A DNA stretch of 64,000 nt from an uncultured Dehalococcoidia bacterium (GTDB lineage Bacteria; Chloroflexota; Dehalococcoidia; Lucifugimonadales; UBA1127). Below the pieces are notes generated by a model. That model was not told the origin of the DNA, made no database searches, and saw only the letters and a program-made list of their open reading frames with translations. Shown in pieces: positions 18,310 to 26,317 of the stretch. A program made the translations under genes and the position numbers. The stretch spans positions 971,008-1,035,007 of the forward strand of contig OX638292.1 of NCBI GenBank assembly GCA_951812285.1. Reading direction: 5' to 3'. Numbering within the stretch: position 1 is the first letter of the stretch; the number at the start of each line of letters is the position of its first letter.

Positions 18310-18560
18310 TCGTGTAGCGGGTCCCGCTGGTCAGGCCGGAGAGCGTCGTGCTCCTCGGATTGGTGCAGCCTGTACCACCGTGACAGATGCGCAGCACGTC
18401 CATCTCGGTTGGCCTCGGGGTCACCATGACCTCTGTATGGGGGCCGCCAGAAGCCTTGCTATAGCGAAGAACATACGCATAGATGTCAGCGCCGCCGTCG
18501 TTAGCGGGCGGGTCCCAGCATCGCGGCCCGCGCGGCGCGCCGATGTGGACCATCAGGGCG
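18236..18560 (-). pseudogene. Terminal FN3 domain fragment, probably the decayed 3' part of an LRR-FN3 gene
   Basis: WDPPANDGGADIYAYVLRY...LSGLTSGTRYTISVAAINANGRGAFTAMAWGAAPD* is one FN3 domain. Upstream sequence is only FN3-like in another frame. The ORF-track start at 18829 is a GTG with no RBS. Confidence 0.5.
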
Positions 18561-18821
18561 TGAGGGAATGGATTAACGCGCACGGCTTCAGCCAGAACGA
18601 GGTGGTGCGGCGGGCTGGGACTAACTCCTCCCACCCCTCCCAGATTGCGACCGGGACGCTCAGCCCCTTGGCTGGCGTTCTCGGCAGGCTGCACTGGGTC
18701 TTGTTCCAGCGGACCAGGGCGAAGGAGCGGGTCATGCCCGCCGAGTTGAAGGTGCTGGGCTGGCGCAAGGGCGAGCGGAGCGGGATAGTGGTGCACGGAG
18801 CGGGCGGACCCGGGCGCGGCG

Positions 18822-19589
18822 TCATTCACAGGCGGGCAGTCCGAGTTCGTCTAAGTCGTTGTCGGCCACGCCTTGTAATACAACGGGTATGCATCCGCTC
18901 AACTGGTTGCGGGAGAGGCTCAGGACTTGGAGGTTGGAGAGGTTTCCCAGCTCCGGCGGTATCTCCCCGCTCAAGTCGTTGCTGTGGAGGAACAGCTGTT
19001 CAAGGTTGGAGAAGTTTCCCAGCTCCGGCGGTATCTCCCCGCTCAAGTCGTTGCTGTTGAGGAACAGCTGTTCAAGGTTGGAGAGGTCTCCCAGCCACGG
19101 CGGTATCTCCCCGGTCAACTGGTTGAGGCCGAGCCCCAGCGATTCAAGGTTGGAGAGGCTGCCCAGCTCCGGCGGTATCTCACCCGTCAGCCGGTTCCAG
19201 CGGAGGTCCAGCGTTATGACCCGACCGTTGGCGTCCGTCTCGACGCCATACCACTCATCCAGCGGCGCGCCGCTCAGCCAGTATGTGTTGTCGTCCCAGT
19301 TTGGGCCGTCCGTGGCGTTGTAGAGGGCGACCAGGGCTTCTCTGTCCCCTGACGGAGACCCGCTGACGGCTACGGAAACAGGCGTAGGTGTGTCCGCAGA
19401 CGCGGGCGTATTGCCGGGCGTCATGCCGGGGGCTTGGGTGGACTGCGTTGGCCCCTCGGACGGCGAGTCACCGCCGCAGGCCGCCAGGGACGCTGCGGCA
19501 AGCGCCGTCAGCAGGAGGGCCAGGGCTGCTTGCCGGGCTTGCCTCCCCAGGCCGTGTGGATTCACGTGGACGGACCAGCCTTTGATCAT
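18822..19589 (-). CDS. Secreted lipoprotein with plant-type (LxxLxLxxNxLSGxIPxxLG) leucine-rich repeats
   Basis: Signal peptide with lipobox ALLLTALAAASLAAC. At least five 24-residue repeats of the form LTGEIPPELGSLSNLESLGLGLNQ. Confidence 0.8.
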   Translation of the reverse strand: MIKGWSVHVNPHGLGRQARQAALALLLTALAAASLAACGGDSPSEGPTQSTQAPGMTPGNTPASADTPTPVSVAVSGSPSGDREALVALYNATDGPNWDDNTYWLSGAPLDEWYGVETDANGRVITLDLRWNRLTGEIPPELGSLSNLESLGLGLNQLTGEIPPWLGDLSNLEQLFLNSNDLSGEIPPELGNFSNLEQLFLHSNDLSGEIPPELGNLSNLQVLSLSRNQLSGCIPVVLQGVADNDLDELGLPACE

Positions 19590-19590
19590 T

Positions 19591-19926
19591 CTATCTCTCC
19601 TTTCGCAGGCGGCTCAGACACCCCCTGAACTCCTGCGTCCGTTTAGCAATGGAGGTGTGGGCGCTCCAACGACGCCTCAACCTGAATCGCGAAAATGTGG
19701 CCGAGCCCATACTCTCGGCCAGTTCAAGCAGCGCCCTGCGGTGCTGGTAGTTGGGCCGCGTCCTGCCCTCGGACCATCGCCATACGGTGTGCCGATAGGT
19801 CCCGAGCCGGCGAGCGATCTCCGACCACGAATAGCCCGACTCCCTCTGGAATCGCTTGAGACGCTCCGGGAAGTCCACCGGGATTGCGTAGGTCTCTCTG
19901 GGATGGTGTATGCGCTGTCTTGGCAT
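19591..19926 (-). CDS. HTH protein copy B, with the native C-terminus replaced by read-through sequence
   Basis: The first 73 aa are identical to copy A. Identity ends at the duplication junction (19695), giving a 111-aa ORF. Possibly non-functional. Confidence 0.5.
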   Translation of the reverse strand: MPRQRIHHPRETYAIPVDFPERLKRFQRESGYSWSEIARRLGTYRHTVWRWSEGRTRPNYQHRRALLELAESMGSATFSRFRLRRRWSAHTSIAKRTQEFRGCLSRLRKER

Positions 19927-20166
19927 CGAGCCGGTCCTTCAAGGTCCGCGCTCCTTCCTGGAGGAATCCAAGCTGGGCAGCATCCCTGAGCAGAGCGGAG
20001 CCTGCAGCCCTCGCGCTGACCCGGCGGACATCACCCGTTGACAGTGTCCGTGGACCCGTTGGACGCAAACGGCCAACCCTCCCGCGCGGGCGCTAGTCCG
20101 GAGCGGCTCCCCAGGCCATTGCGGTGAAAGCACCGCGTCCGTTGGCGTTGATGGCCGCGACACTGA
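19695..20166. repeat. ~472-bp near-identical direct repeat, copy B
   Basis: Matches 17837-18309. Confidence 0.8.
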
Positions 20167-20240
20167 AGGCTGAGGAGATTTCCGAGTTCCGGCGGTATCT
20201 CTCCGCTCAACTGATTGTTGGTGAGCGACAGTTTGATTAC
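20095..20240 (-). pseudogene. FN3 3'-end remnant fused directly to an LRR-repeat remnant
   Basis: 20095-20166 matches 18236-18309. 20167-20240 resembles LRR coding sequence (...ccggcggtatctctccgctcaactgattg...). About 0.6 kb present in copy A is missing here. Confidence 0.5.
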
Positions 20241-20350
20241 AAGGTCGCAAACTCACTATCCCTCGTTGCACGTCGTTCAGCAAGTCTTCCAGTGCTTCTC
20301 CCAGCGTTATGGGGGGGCGCAGTTAGTGTCGTCAGCGTGCGCGTCGTTGA

Positions 20351-21907
20351 CTAGGTCAGCACTTGCACCGTGAGCGTGTAATCACCCGATTGTGCTCCGT
20401 CTCCCAGCACGACGTAATAGTTACCCGCATCTCCAGCTGTCCATTCGACTCCCTCCCACGCGGCGGCATCCTCTTCGAGTATCGCAACTTCCCGGCCCGC
20501 AGAATCGTGAATTGCTATCAGTGGCCCAGTCTTGTCGCCGCTTTGCGAGAAGAAGTAGTTTGACAAGTCAGCGTGGTAACTCTGGCCAGCCTCGGCCTGA
20601 AAAACGAACACGTCCTTATCGTCCCCACCACCCAGATAACCCTGAACGCCCTCGCCCACGGTGATAGCAGTTGCGGACCCCAGGTCGTCACCGTGTAGAT
20701 CAGCGGGCTCTGGCTCGATGCACCCGGCCTCCGCCAGTCTCGCGCGGACATCCGCCGGTAGATTGTTCTCAGCCTCTTGAACGCGGGATACATAGAAGAA
20801 TAGGAAGAAGAAGATTGAGTCATCTTCAGATTCCAAAGCCAGCATCCCCTTGAGAGCGCGAAGCATAAAGGTGAGATTGGAATGATATTCCAGAACCTCG
20901 GCGGGCGGGCTTACTGCCAGCGCCGCAGTGATATAGTCCGCCAACTCAGCAGAGGTGATAGAGGTGATGTTCGCGTCCTCCGAAAATCTGCTCACCTGAG
21001 AAAGTTCGGAACACCACGCCGCGTACTCGTCGAGAGACATAGCCGTTTCCGCTACAGCAGAAAAGCCCGTTACGCAGGAAGTCAGGCTTGAAAGGAAACG
21101 ATCAGCCTCAGGCGAGTCATCAGAGGCAGCCACAAAGGCGGCCACATCCAACTCCCGTATGCAGGAAGCCTCCTCTACGCTCAACTCTCCCGGACTGAAC
21201 CCGATAGTGGCAACCAACAATGCAGGAGCGCACGCAATCAGTTTTGTGTAAAGCTCGGCACCCTCAGGCGAGTCATCAGAGGCGGCCACAAAGGCGGCCA
21301 CGTCCAAATCGGATACTAATTCCCGTAGGCAGGAGGCGTCATCTTCGCTCAACTCTACCGGGTCAAACCCAAACCCGCTGAATATACTTGCAACTATCGC
21401 TGGGATGAAGATCGCGCGAGCAGTCTCCGCCTCAAAACATGAGAAGACCTGCTCCTCCCAATCCGGCGAGTCCCAGGAAGCAACGGGCTGAGCCAGGATG
21501 CCCTCCGACTCGTCGCCCAAGGCCCCGCGAATGCAGTCCTGTTCCGGGGCTGTTAGAGCGTCGAACACTTCCTGCCACGTGGTGTCGGCATCAATGTCTA
21601 TGCCGCCAGGCCATAACGCCGCGCTCCCGGCAGCAGGCTCCTGAGTCGTAGCCGTTGGCTCGGCCGTGGCCGTTGGTGTGTTGGTCGGTTCAGAGGGTGC
21701 CACGCCCGTCGCTGTCGGTGTGGCCGTGGGCGTCGCTGTCGGCGTAGCCACTGACGTCGCTGTCGGTGCGGCCGTGGGAGTGTCCGTTGGGGCCGTCGCA
21801 GCCGTCGCAGTTGGCGCGGTTGTGGGCGCCGGGTCATCAGAGCATCCGGTCAGCATTATGGCCAGGAGCATCGCGCCCAGAACGGCTATCGCTATTGGCT
21901 TTGACAT
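20351..21907 (-). CDS. Secreted lipoprotein with an internal duplicated Cys-containing module and a C-terminal pre-peptidase (PPC)-like domain
   Basis: Lipobox MLLAIMLTGC, Thr/Pro/Ala linker, repeated ...EEASC(L/I)REL...DVAAFVAASDDSPE.... The C-terminus, GDDKDVFVFQAEAGQSYHADL...AGNYYVVLGDG...GDYTLTV, is typical of PPC domains. Confidence 0.7.
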   Translation of the reverse strand: MSKPIAIAVLGAMLLAIMLTGCSDDPAPTTAPTATAATAPTDTPTAAPTATSVATPTATPTATPTATGVAPSEPTNTPTATAEPTATTQEPAAGSAALWPGGIDIDADTTWQEVFDALTAPEQDCIRGALGDESEGILAQPVASWDSPDWEEQVFSCFEAETARAIFIPAIVASIFSGFGFDPVELSEDDASCLRELVSDLDVAAFVAASDDSPEGAELYTKLIACAPALLVATIGFSPGELSVEEASCIRELDVAAFVAASDDSPEADRFLSSLTSCVTGFSAVAETAMSLDEYAAWCSELSQVSRFSEDANITSITSAELADYITAALAVSPPAEVLEYHSNLTFMLRALKGMLALESEDDSIFFFLFFYVSRVQEAENNLPADVRARLAEAGCIEPEPADLHGDDLGSATAITVGEGVQGYLGGGDDKDVFVFQAEAGQSYHADLSNYFFSQSGDKTGPLIAIHDSAGREVAILEEDAAAWEGVEWTAGDAGNYYVVLGDGAQSGDYTLTVQVLT

Positions 21908-21951
21908 TTTCGGCTCCTATACAAGATGATCACCTCGAAATTAGCCCCCTC

Positions 21952-22143
21952 TCACAGATGCCGCTGGTTGGGCCGGACGCCCTCGCTCCTCCACCGCCGT
22001 ATCGTTAGGGGGTAGGTCTCGATGCGGCGAGCGATCGCCGCCCACGTCAGCCCCGACTCCTCCCTGAACCGCTTCAATCACCCCGGAAAGTCGTCGGGGA
22101 AAACGTAGACCCTTCTGCTGTGCTGTATGCGCTGTCTCGGCAT
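21952..22143 (-). pseudogene. Divergent, interrupted fourth copy of the HTH gene
   Basis: Reads MPRQRIQHSRRVYVFPDDFPG*LKRFREESGLTWAAIARRIETYPLTIRRW..., with an in-frame stop and a truncated C-terminus. Confidence 0.5.
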
Positions 22144-22260
22144 CGGGCCGGTCCTTCACGAATCGGCTCTTCCTCCTGCCGACCCAGCGGACATCACCCG
22201 TTGACGGTGTCCGTGAACCCCGATGGACACCCACCGGCCACCCCCCCCCGCTCCGGCGCC

Positions 22261-22385
22261 AGTCCGGGGCTGCGCCGAATGACATGGCGGTGAAGGGGCC
22301 GCGGCCGTAGACGTTGATGGCCGAGACGCTGATCACGTAGCGGGTCCCGCTGGTCAGGCCGGAGAGCGTCAGGCTCCTCGGATTC
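22261..22385 (-). pseudogene. FN3 3'-end remnant joined directly to leader copy 1 (internal deletion of a whole FN3 gene)
   Basis: ...LSGLTSGTRYVISVSAINVYGRGPFTAMSFGAAPD with the stop lost. The junction lies at the shared heptamer tcggatt (22378-22384). Confidence 0.5.
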
Positions 22386-22535
22386 AGGCGGTGAAAATCG
22401 GGGGGGGGGGGGTAGAACTAACGCGCTATTATCGGCGCGCCGGGCGCGGGATATCGCGCCGGCCGATACCTGTTCAGGTCTTCTCTGTTCGACAGTCACG
22501 AGACACCTCCTATTTTGTGGGTATACTCCCCCACG
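22386..22535 (-). promoter_or_regulatory. Leader copy 1 (truncated promoter, SD plus GTG uORF start at 22499, poly-C13)
   Basis: Homologous to the leaders at 25452-25700 and 29401-29615. Confidence 0.5.
22400..22412. repeat. Homopolymer G13 (C13 on the gene strand)
   Basis: Counted directly. Confidence 0.9.
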
Positions 22536-22538
22536 ACT

Positions 22539-25451
22539 TTAGGGGTCGTTGGGGACATGGGCCGACCACGTGGTGGCCCAGGGGCCGCCGCCGTTGGCGT
22601 TGTGGGCCTGCACCTCCACGTCGTACTCCGTTCCCGCGGTGAGGCCCGTGATCGTGTACGACCGCGGGTTCTCGCAGAAGGGCACCCCGCACATGCGAAG
22701 GGTCGGGCGCGGGTAGAGCACGTCGCTCGTGGTCCAGCTTCCGTCTCCGTCTCGTTCCCGGTGGCGCACCTGGTAGGCGTGCGCGAAGGAGCGGTCGCTC
22801 TGTTCCGGCGGCTCCCACTCGACGACCAGCGACTCGCTGCCCGGCGTGACCTCGATCCCGGTCGGATAGTCCGGAGGCTTGTTCCAGAGGATGTGTGTTT
22901 GGACGGTCAGGATCTCGGAGGTGAACCCCAGGGTGCGCGTCACCACAGGGTCCATCCCGTCGGTGACTCGCCCCCTGACCCGGACCTGCCAGGTGTTTGG
23001 AGTTGCCGTACCTGGGTCCAGCCCGGTGATCGTGTGGGTGCGTTTGGTTGTGTCCGTGACGACGTTGTTGGTCCAGGCCCCGCTCGTGCCCTGGCGGTGC
23101 TGCACGACGTAGGCGTCGAGGTTGTCGGGGTCCGACTCGTAGCCTTCCCAGACGACGACCAGTTTGCCGAGCCCGCCCGACGCGTACACGAGGAAGGCCG
23201 ACGGGCCGCCCACCTCGCCCTCATATAAGGAGGAGGTTGTCGACACGCCACCAACTGTTTGGGTGACGCGGGCCGTCAGCGAGCCGGTTGCATCCAGGCT
23301 GACAATAGTTCGACCCGGACAGTTGATGGTGTCACCGCCGTTCACAGCGCATATGGCGCTTCCAAAGCCCTTGTTGCTATCGGAATAAAAGAATGTCCTG
23401 CCAATGCCAGCGTTGTGGGTGGGGGTGTTGCTATCGAGCCAGACCTGCGTCGGCTCCGACCACACGGTGACGGGCGCCGCGGGGGTCGACCAGGCATCCT
23501 GGGTAGTATTCAGGACGCTGTTGGTGAACCGGGCGGCGATGCGGACGGTATAGACATTCCCGTCGGTCAACCCGGTGATGCGGTGCCTGCGCGCAACGAA
23601 GGGATCCGATGGCTCGGTGTCGCCGGGGTCGGCAAGCACGACCGTTTCTGCGTCGGCTGTGCCGGTCTGCCACTCCACGACGTAGGCGGTCAGCGTGGAT
23701 CCGTCGGGGGAGGAGGCGGGCGAGCCCCAGGTGAGGGAGATGCCGCTGTTGTTGTCGGCCTCCACGCGAAGGTTACGGGGGCTGTCCGTATCCGCGGGCC
23801 TTGTGGGGTCGGCCAGGACGGTGGCGGTGAGCGCATCGCTGTCGTGGGTATGCGTGCAATCGGCGGCGGCGCCGATGCAGCGGGCGTCGGCGGCAACCAC
23901 TCTGAAGTCGTATGCGGTTCCTGCATCGAGCCCGCCGAAGGCGAAGGGCTGCGTCCACCATATCGCGTTGGGAAGCTTGTACGACGAAGCCCAGTAGTCG
24001 TGGCCCGCTTCCTTCCACTGCAGCCACGCCCCGCCGGACACGCAGCCCGTTCCCGGTCCGCCCCTGTTGGTCCAGGACCCGTTGACCCCGCCGGCTATGT
24101 CCGCTGTCACCGTCAGGCTGATGTCGCAGACCGCCGGCACATTCCCCTGGCCGGTCGGGCCTTCCTGGGGAGCGCGTGGGGTGGACTTCCTGGACGGGTA
24201 GATGGTCTGCACGCGGTACTCGTACATGCCGGGCGTCAGATCGTTGAGGACGTGACGGGTGGCGAGCGGCCCCACGGTCTCGGACTTCCAGTCGCCGCCG
24301 GAGGCGCTCCTGGCCTCGACCGAGTAACCGGACGGCTCGCATGCGTTTTCGTCGCTGGGCGCATCCCAGAACGCCACCAACGCGCGTGGAACGCCGAGGG
24401 CCGACACGTCCTCGGGCGGCGCCTGCTCACAGGCCGGTTCCCAGCCGATGAGGAAGTTCCCGTTAAGGGAGACGGAGAGGCCGTCGGGGTCGGTCGCCGT
24501 CAGCGTGACCGTGATCGGCAGCGGGTTGGGCAGCGGGGGCTGGATGGTGTCCCAGTCATCGTCGGCATCGGCCTGGAAGAACACTCGCAGTACGTTCTCA
24601 AGGGGGTAGCCGCTTTGCGCCGCCTGAGCATCGCTCCCTCCATCATTATGGAATTGCAAGACGTCCACCAGCCCGCTGTCGCCGCCGGAGATGGCCACGG
24701 CGTAGGTCAGATTATCGCCGTCGGGGTCGGAGAAGATGCCGTAGAAAGGCTTGCTGACCAGGGTGCCACGGGGTGCGTTGTTGTTCCCGGTGAACCAGGA
24801 GTAATAGTCGGCCTGTGTATTCAACACCGGCGCCCGGTTGGGTACCGGCGTGGGCGTGGGCGCAGGCGTAGGCTCCGGCTCAGAGGCCGATGCCTCCATC
24901 GCAGTCAACTCGGCGGCCACCGGAACCCACCGCTGCCAGCCGTTGTCGGCATAGCCCTGGGCCTCGGCGGCGGTCATGTCGTCGAGGGCGCCAAAGGACT
25001 TCAGCACGCGCATCCAGCGCAGCACGTGGTCATGGCCGTTATCCGTCTCCCGCGAGTAGCCCCGAACGTCGGCGACCACCTGCGAGTCCGGCTCGTTGCT
25101 CCCCGGCGCGTTCTCCAGCTTCGTCAGCTCCTCCACTACCGGGTTCCAGCGTTTTGCCCAATACTTGTCGGCGAGGTCCTGGGCCTCGGCAGCGGTCATA
25201 CCGTCCAGGGCGTCGAGGGTATGCAGAACTCGGAACCAGCGATGCACGTGGTCGTAGCCGTTGTCCGTCTCCGCAGCGTAAGTCCAGACGTCGGCCACCA
25301 CCTGCGCGTCGGGCTCGTAGTCGCCCTGGGCGCCTGCGGGACTGGTCCCCGACCAGGACACCGCCAGGACGGCAAGGAGGGCGAGGGACAGCGCCGCGAG
25401 ACGGCCCATCGGCCACGGGTGGAAGAATGGGGCGAGCGTGGGGTGCCTCAT
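22539..25451 (-). CDS. Large secreted multi-FN3 protein (970 aa) with a tandem N-terminal ~70-aa domain and a cadherin-like segment
   Basis: Signal peptide MRHPTLAP...LAVSWSGTSPAGAQ. Two copies of EPD.QVVADV..Y..ETDNG.DHV.RW.RVL......D.MTAAEAQ. Multiple FN3 signatures (SGISLTWGSP..., YVVEWQ..., GTEYDVEVQAHNANG). ATG 25451 was chosen for GGAGGTG-N5-ATG. Confidence 0.8.
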   Translation of the reverse strand: MRHPTLAPFFHPWPMGRLAALSLALLAVLAVSWSGTSPAGAQGDYEPDAQVVADVWTYAAETDNGYDHVHRWFRVLHTLDALDGMTAAEAQDLADKYWAKRWNPVVEELTKLENAPGSNEPDSQVVADVRGYSRETDNGHDHVLRWMRVLKSFGALDDMTAAEAQGYADNGWQRWVPVAAELTAMEASASEPEPTPAPTPTPVPNRAPVLNTQADYYSWFTGNNNAPRGTLVSKPFYGIFSDPDGDNLTYAVAISGGDSGLVDVLQFHNDGGSDAQAAQSGYPLENVLRVFFQADADDDWDTIQPPLPNPLPITVTLTATDPDGLSVSLNGNFLIGWEPACEQAPPEDVSALGVPRALVAFWDAPSDENACEPSGYSVEARSASGGDWKSETVGPLATRHVLNDLTPGMYEYRVQTIYPSRKSTPRAPQEGPTGQGNVPAVCDISLTVTADIAGGVNGSWTNRGGPGTGCVSGGAWLQWKEAGHDYWASSYKLPNAIWWTQPFAFGGLDAGTAYDFRVVAADARCIGAAADCTHTHDSDALTATVLADPTRPADTDSPRNLRVEADNNSGISLTWGSPASSPDGSTLTAYVVEWQTGTADAETVVLADPGDTEPSDPFVARRHRITGLTDGNVYTVRIAARFTNSVLNTTQDAWSTPAAPVTVWSEPTQVWLDSNTPTHNAGIGRTFFYSDSNKGFGSAICAVNGGDTINCPGRTIVSLDATGSLTARVTQTVGGVSTTSSLYEGEVGGPSAFLVYASGGLGKLVVVWEGYESDPDNLDAYVVQHRQGTSGAWTNNVVTDTTKRTHTITGLDPGTATPNTWQVRVRGRVTDGMDPVVTRTLGFTSEILTVQTHILWNKPPDYPTGIEVTPGSESLVVEWEPPEQSDRSFAHAYQVRHRERDGDGSWTTSDVLYPRPTLRMCGVPFCENPRSYTITGLTAGTEYDVEVQAHNANGGGPWATTWSAHVPNDP

Positions 25452-25648
25452 GCCGTCACCTCCCAAAGGAGGTGGGCGTAAGGCTCAGGAATATCGGATT
25501 CAGGCGGTGAAAATCGGGGGGGGGGGGGGGGTAGAACTAACGCGCTACCAAGGGCGCCACGAGCGGGGGTGGGATCGAACGCGGGCGTCACGCCGACCGT
25601 CGCCGGTATCGCTGTTGCCAATTCAGGTTGTCTCTGTACGAGAGCCAA
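25448..25648 (-). CDS. Candidate leader peptide (uORF), 66 codons, poly-proline; stop overlaps the main ATG
   Basis: GGGGAGGG-N6-TTG (25648). Sequence ...ALVLPPPPPRFSPPESDIPEPYAHLLWEVTA*. TGA at 25450-25448 overlaps ATG at 25451-25449. The SD and start are conserved in all three leader copies. Confidence 0.4.
   Translation of the reverse strand: MALVQRQPELATAIPATVGVTPAFDPTPARGALGSALVLPPPPPRFSPPESDIPEPYAHLLWEVTA
25457..25474 (-). promoter_or_regulatory. SD-sequestering hairpin CACCTCC-TTTG-GGAGGTG
   Basis: Perfect 7-bp stem whose 3' arm is the main gene's SD. The same stem with a different loop occurs at 29406-29423. Confidence 0.55.
25516..25531. repeat. Homopolymer G16 (C16 on the gene strand)
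   Basis: Counted directly. Confidence 0.9.
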
Positions 25649-25685
25649 ATTGAACCCTCCCCTTTTCCGGGCATATTCCCCCACG

Positions 25686-25772
25686 ATTTTACCACCGTAT
25701 GTGTGACGGAGCCGTGACGATTTGAGGCAATGTACGTGACACCTTGTGACGTTTCGCAGAATGCGGCATAAT
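25686..25772. promoter_or_regulatory. Divergent promoter region, copy 2
   Basis: Minus strand: extended -10 TGgTAAAAT (25694-25686). Plus strand: TTGTGA (25744-25749)-N17-CATAAT (25767-25772). GTGAC(G) boxes at 25703, 25714, 25736 and 25746. Confidence 0.45.
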
Positions 25773-25819
25773 TGCCCTTATAGACGCCCATTGACTCCCT
25801 ATCGGCAGGCCATCGAGGT

Positions 25820-25958
25820 GACGCCCAAGCATCCCGCCTATGAGCGACCCGCTCCACCGGCCCGGCGTCGCAACCGGCGTCAGCAAGGGACGACACAGGA
25901 CGCAACGGCGGAGACGCAGGAAGCCGAGACGCAACAGCAGACGCTGAGGCTGTTCTAG
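25820..25958 (+). pseudogene. Duplicated 3' end of gene 16631-17137, fused to the SD of the histidine-kinase-type promoter
   Basis: 25820-26055 aligns with 16999-17225 (coding tail, stem-loop and TTTTGCGTTT motif). The track ORF 25746-25958 is a junction artefact. Confidence 0.6.
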
Positions 25959-26071
25959 GGCGGGCCGACGGAGCGCAACGCACGGGGGAGGGATGCCGCA
26001 TGGCGGTGTCCCTCCCCCGCCGACTGCAGGTGCGGCCTTTTGCGTTTCAGACCCTTGCTGTGCGTCCCGTC

Positions 26072-26317
26072 TCAGCCGGTGAAGATGTGGCCGAGGCCCA
26101 TACTCTCGGCCAGTTCAAGCAGCGCCCTGCGGTGCTGGTAGTTGGGCCGCGTCCTGCCCTCGGACCATCGCCATACGGTGTGCCGATAGGTCCCGAGCCG
26201 GCGAGCGATCTCCGACCACGAATAGCCCGACTCCCTCTGGAATCGCTTGAGACGCTCCGGGAAGTCCACCGGGATTGCGTAAACCTCTCTGCTGTAATGG
26301 ATGCGCTGTCTCGGCAT
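26072..26317 (-). CDS. 81-aa HTH protein, copy C
   Basis: Differs from copy A at two N-terminal positions only (HHPRETY versus HYSREVY). Confidence 0.7.
   Translation of the reverse strand: MPRQRIHYSREVYAIPVDFPERLKRFQRESGYSWSEIARRLGTYRHTVWRWSEGRTRPNYQHRRALLELAESMGLGHIFTG

Noticed and set aside
18236-18829. 197-aa ORF as an intact gene
   Set aside because: It starts at a GTG without an RBS and overlaps the LRR stop. Only the last ~95 residues are FN3-like, and upstream FN3-like sequence is in a different frame. It is treated as a gene fragment.
25452-25466. ORF-track starts at 25466 and 29430 for the two FN3 genes
   Set aside because: The downstream ATGs (25451, 29400) have GGAGGTG-N5 spacing and begin a canonical signal peptide. 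The upstream starts lie inside the SD hairpin.
23259-25481. 740-aa plus-strand ORF antisense to the FN3 gene, and similar long shadow ORFs at 1836-3119(-), 37181-38764(+), 58718-59725(-), 61831-63552(-), 8649-9797(-) and 43795-44409(+)
   Set aside because: Same reasoning. The opposite strand carries domain-bearing genes, and these translations are Arg/Gly/Pro-rich with no recognisable features.
25555-25620. tRNA-like fragment suggested by ...gggtgggatcgaacgcgggc...
   Set aside because: The would-be T-stem arms (CCCGC / CCCAC on the reverse strand) are not complementary, and no acceptor or anticodon arms can be drawn. It is probably just a GC-rich insert in leader copy 2.
25672-25674. Alternative short ORF starting at the ATG just after the -10 (MPGKGEGSIWLSYRDNLN... 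in copy 2; MPVTWEVLTWLSYRDNLN... in copy 3)
   Set aside because: It has no SD, the ATG is mutated to ATA in copy 1, and the peptide similarity is explained by DNA conservation. The SD-preceded TTG/GTG frame is the better uORF candidate. A leaderless reading cannot be excluded.
25746-25958. 70-aa ORF as a real gene
   Set aside because: It is a chimera created at the recombination junction. Promoter-leader sequence is read in frame into the duplicated last 46 codons of gene 16631-17137.
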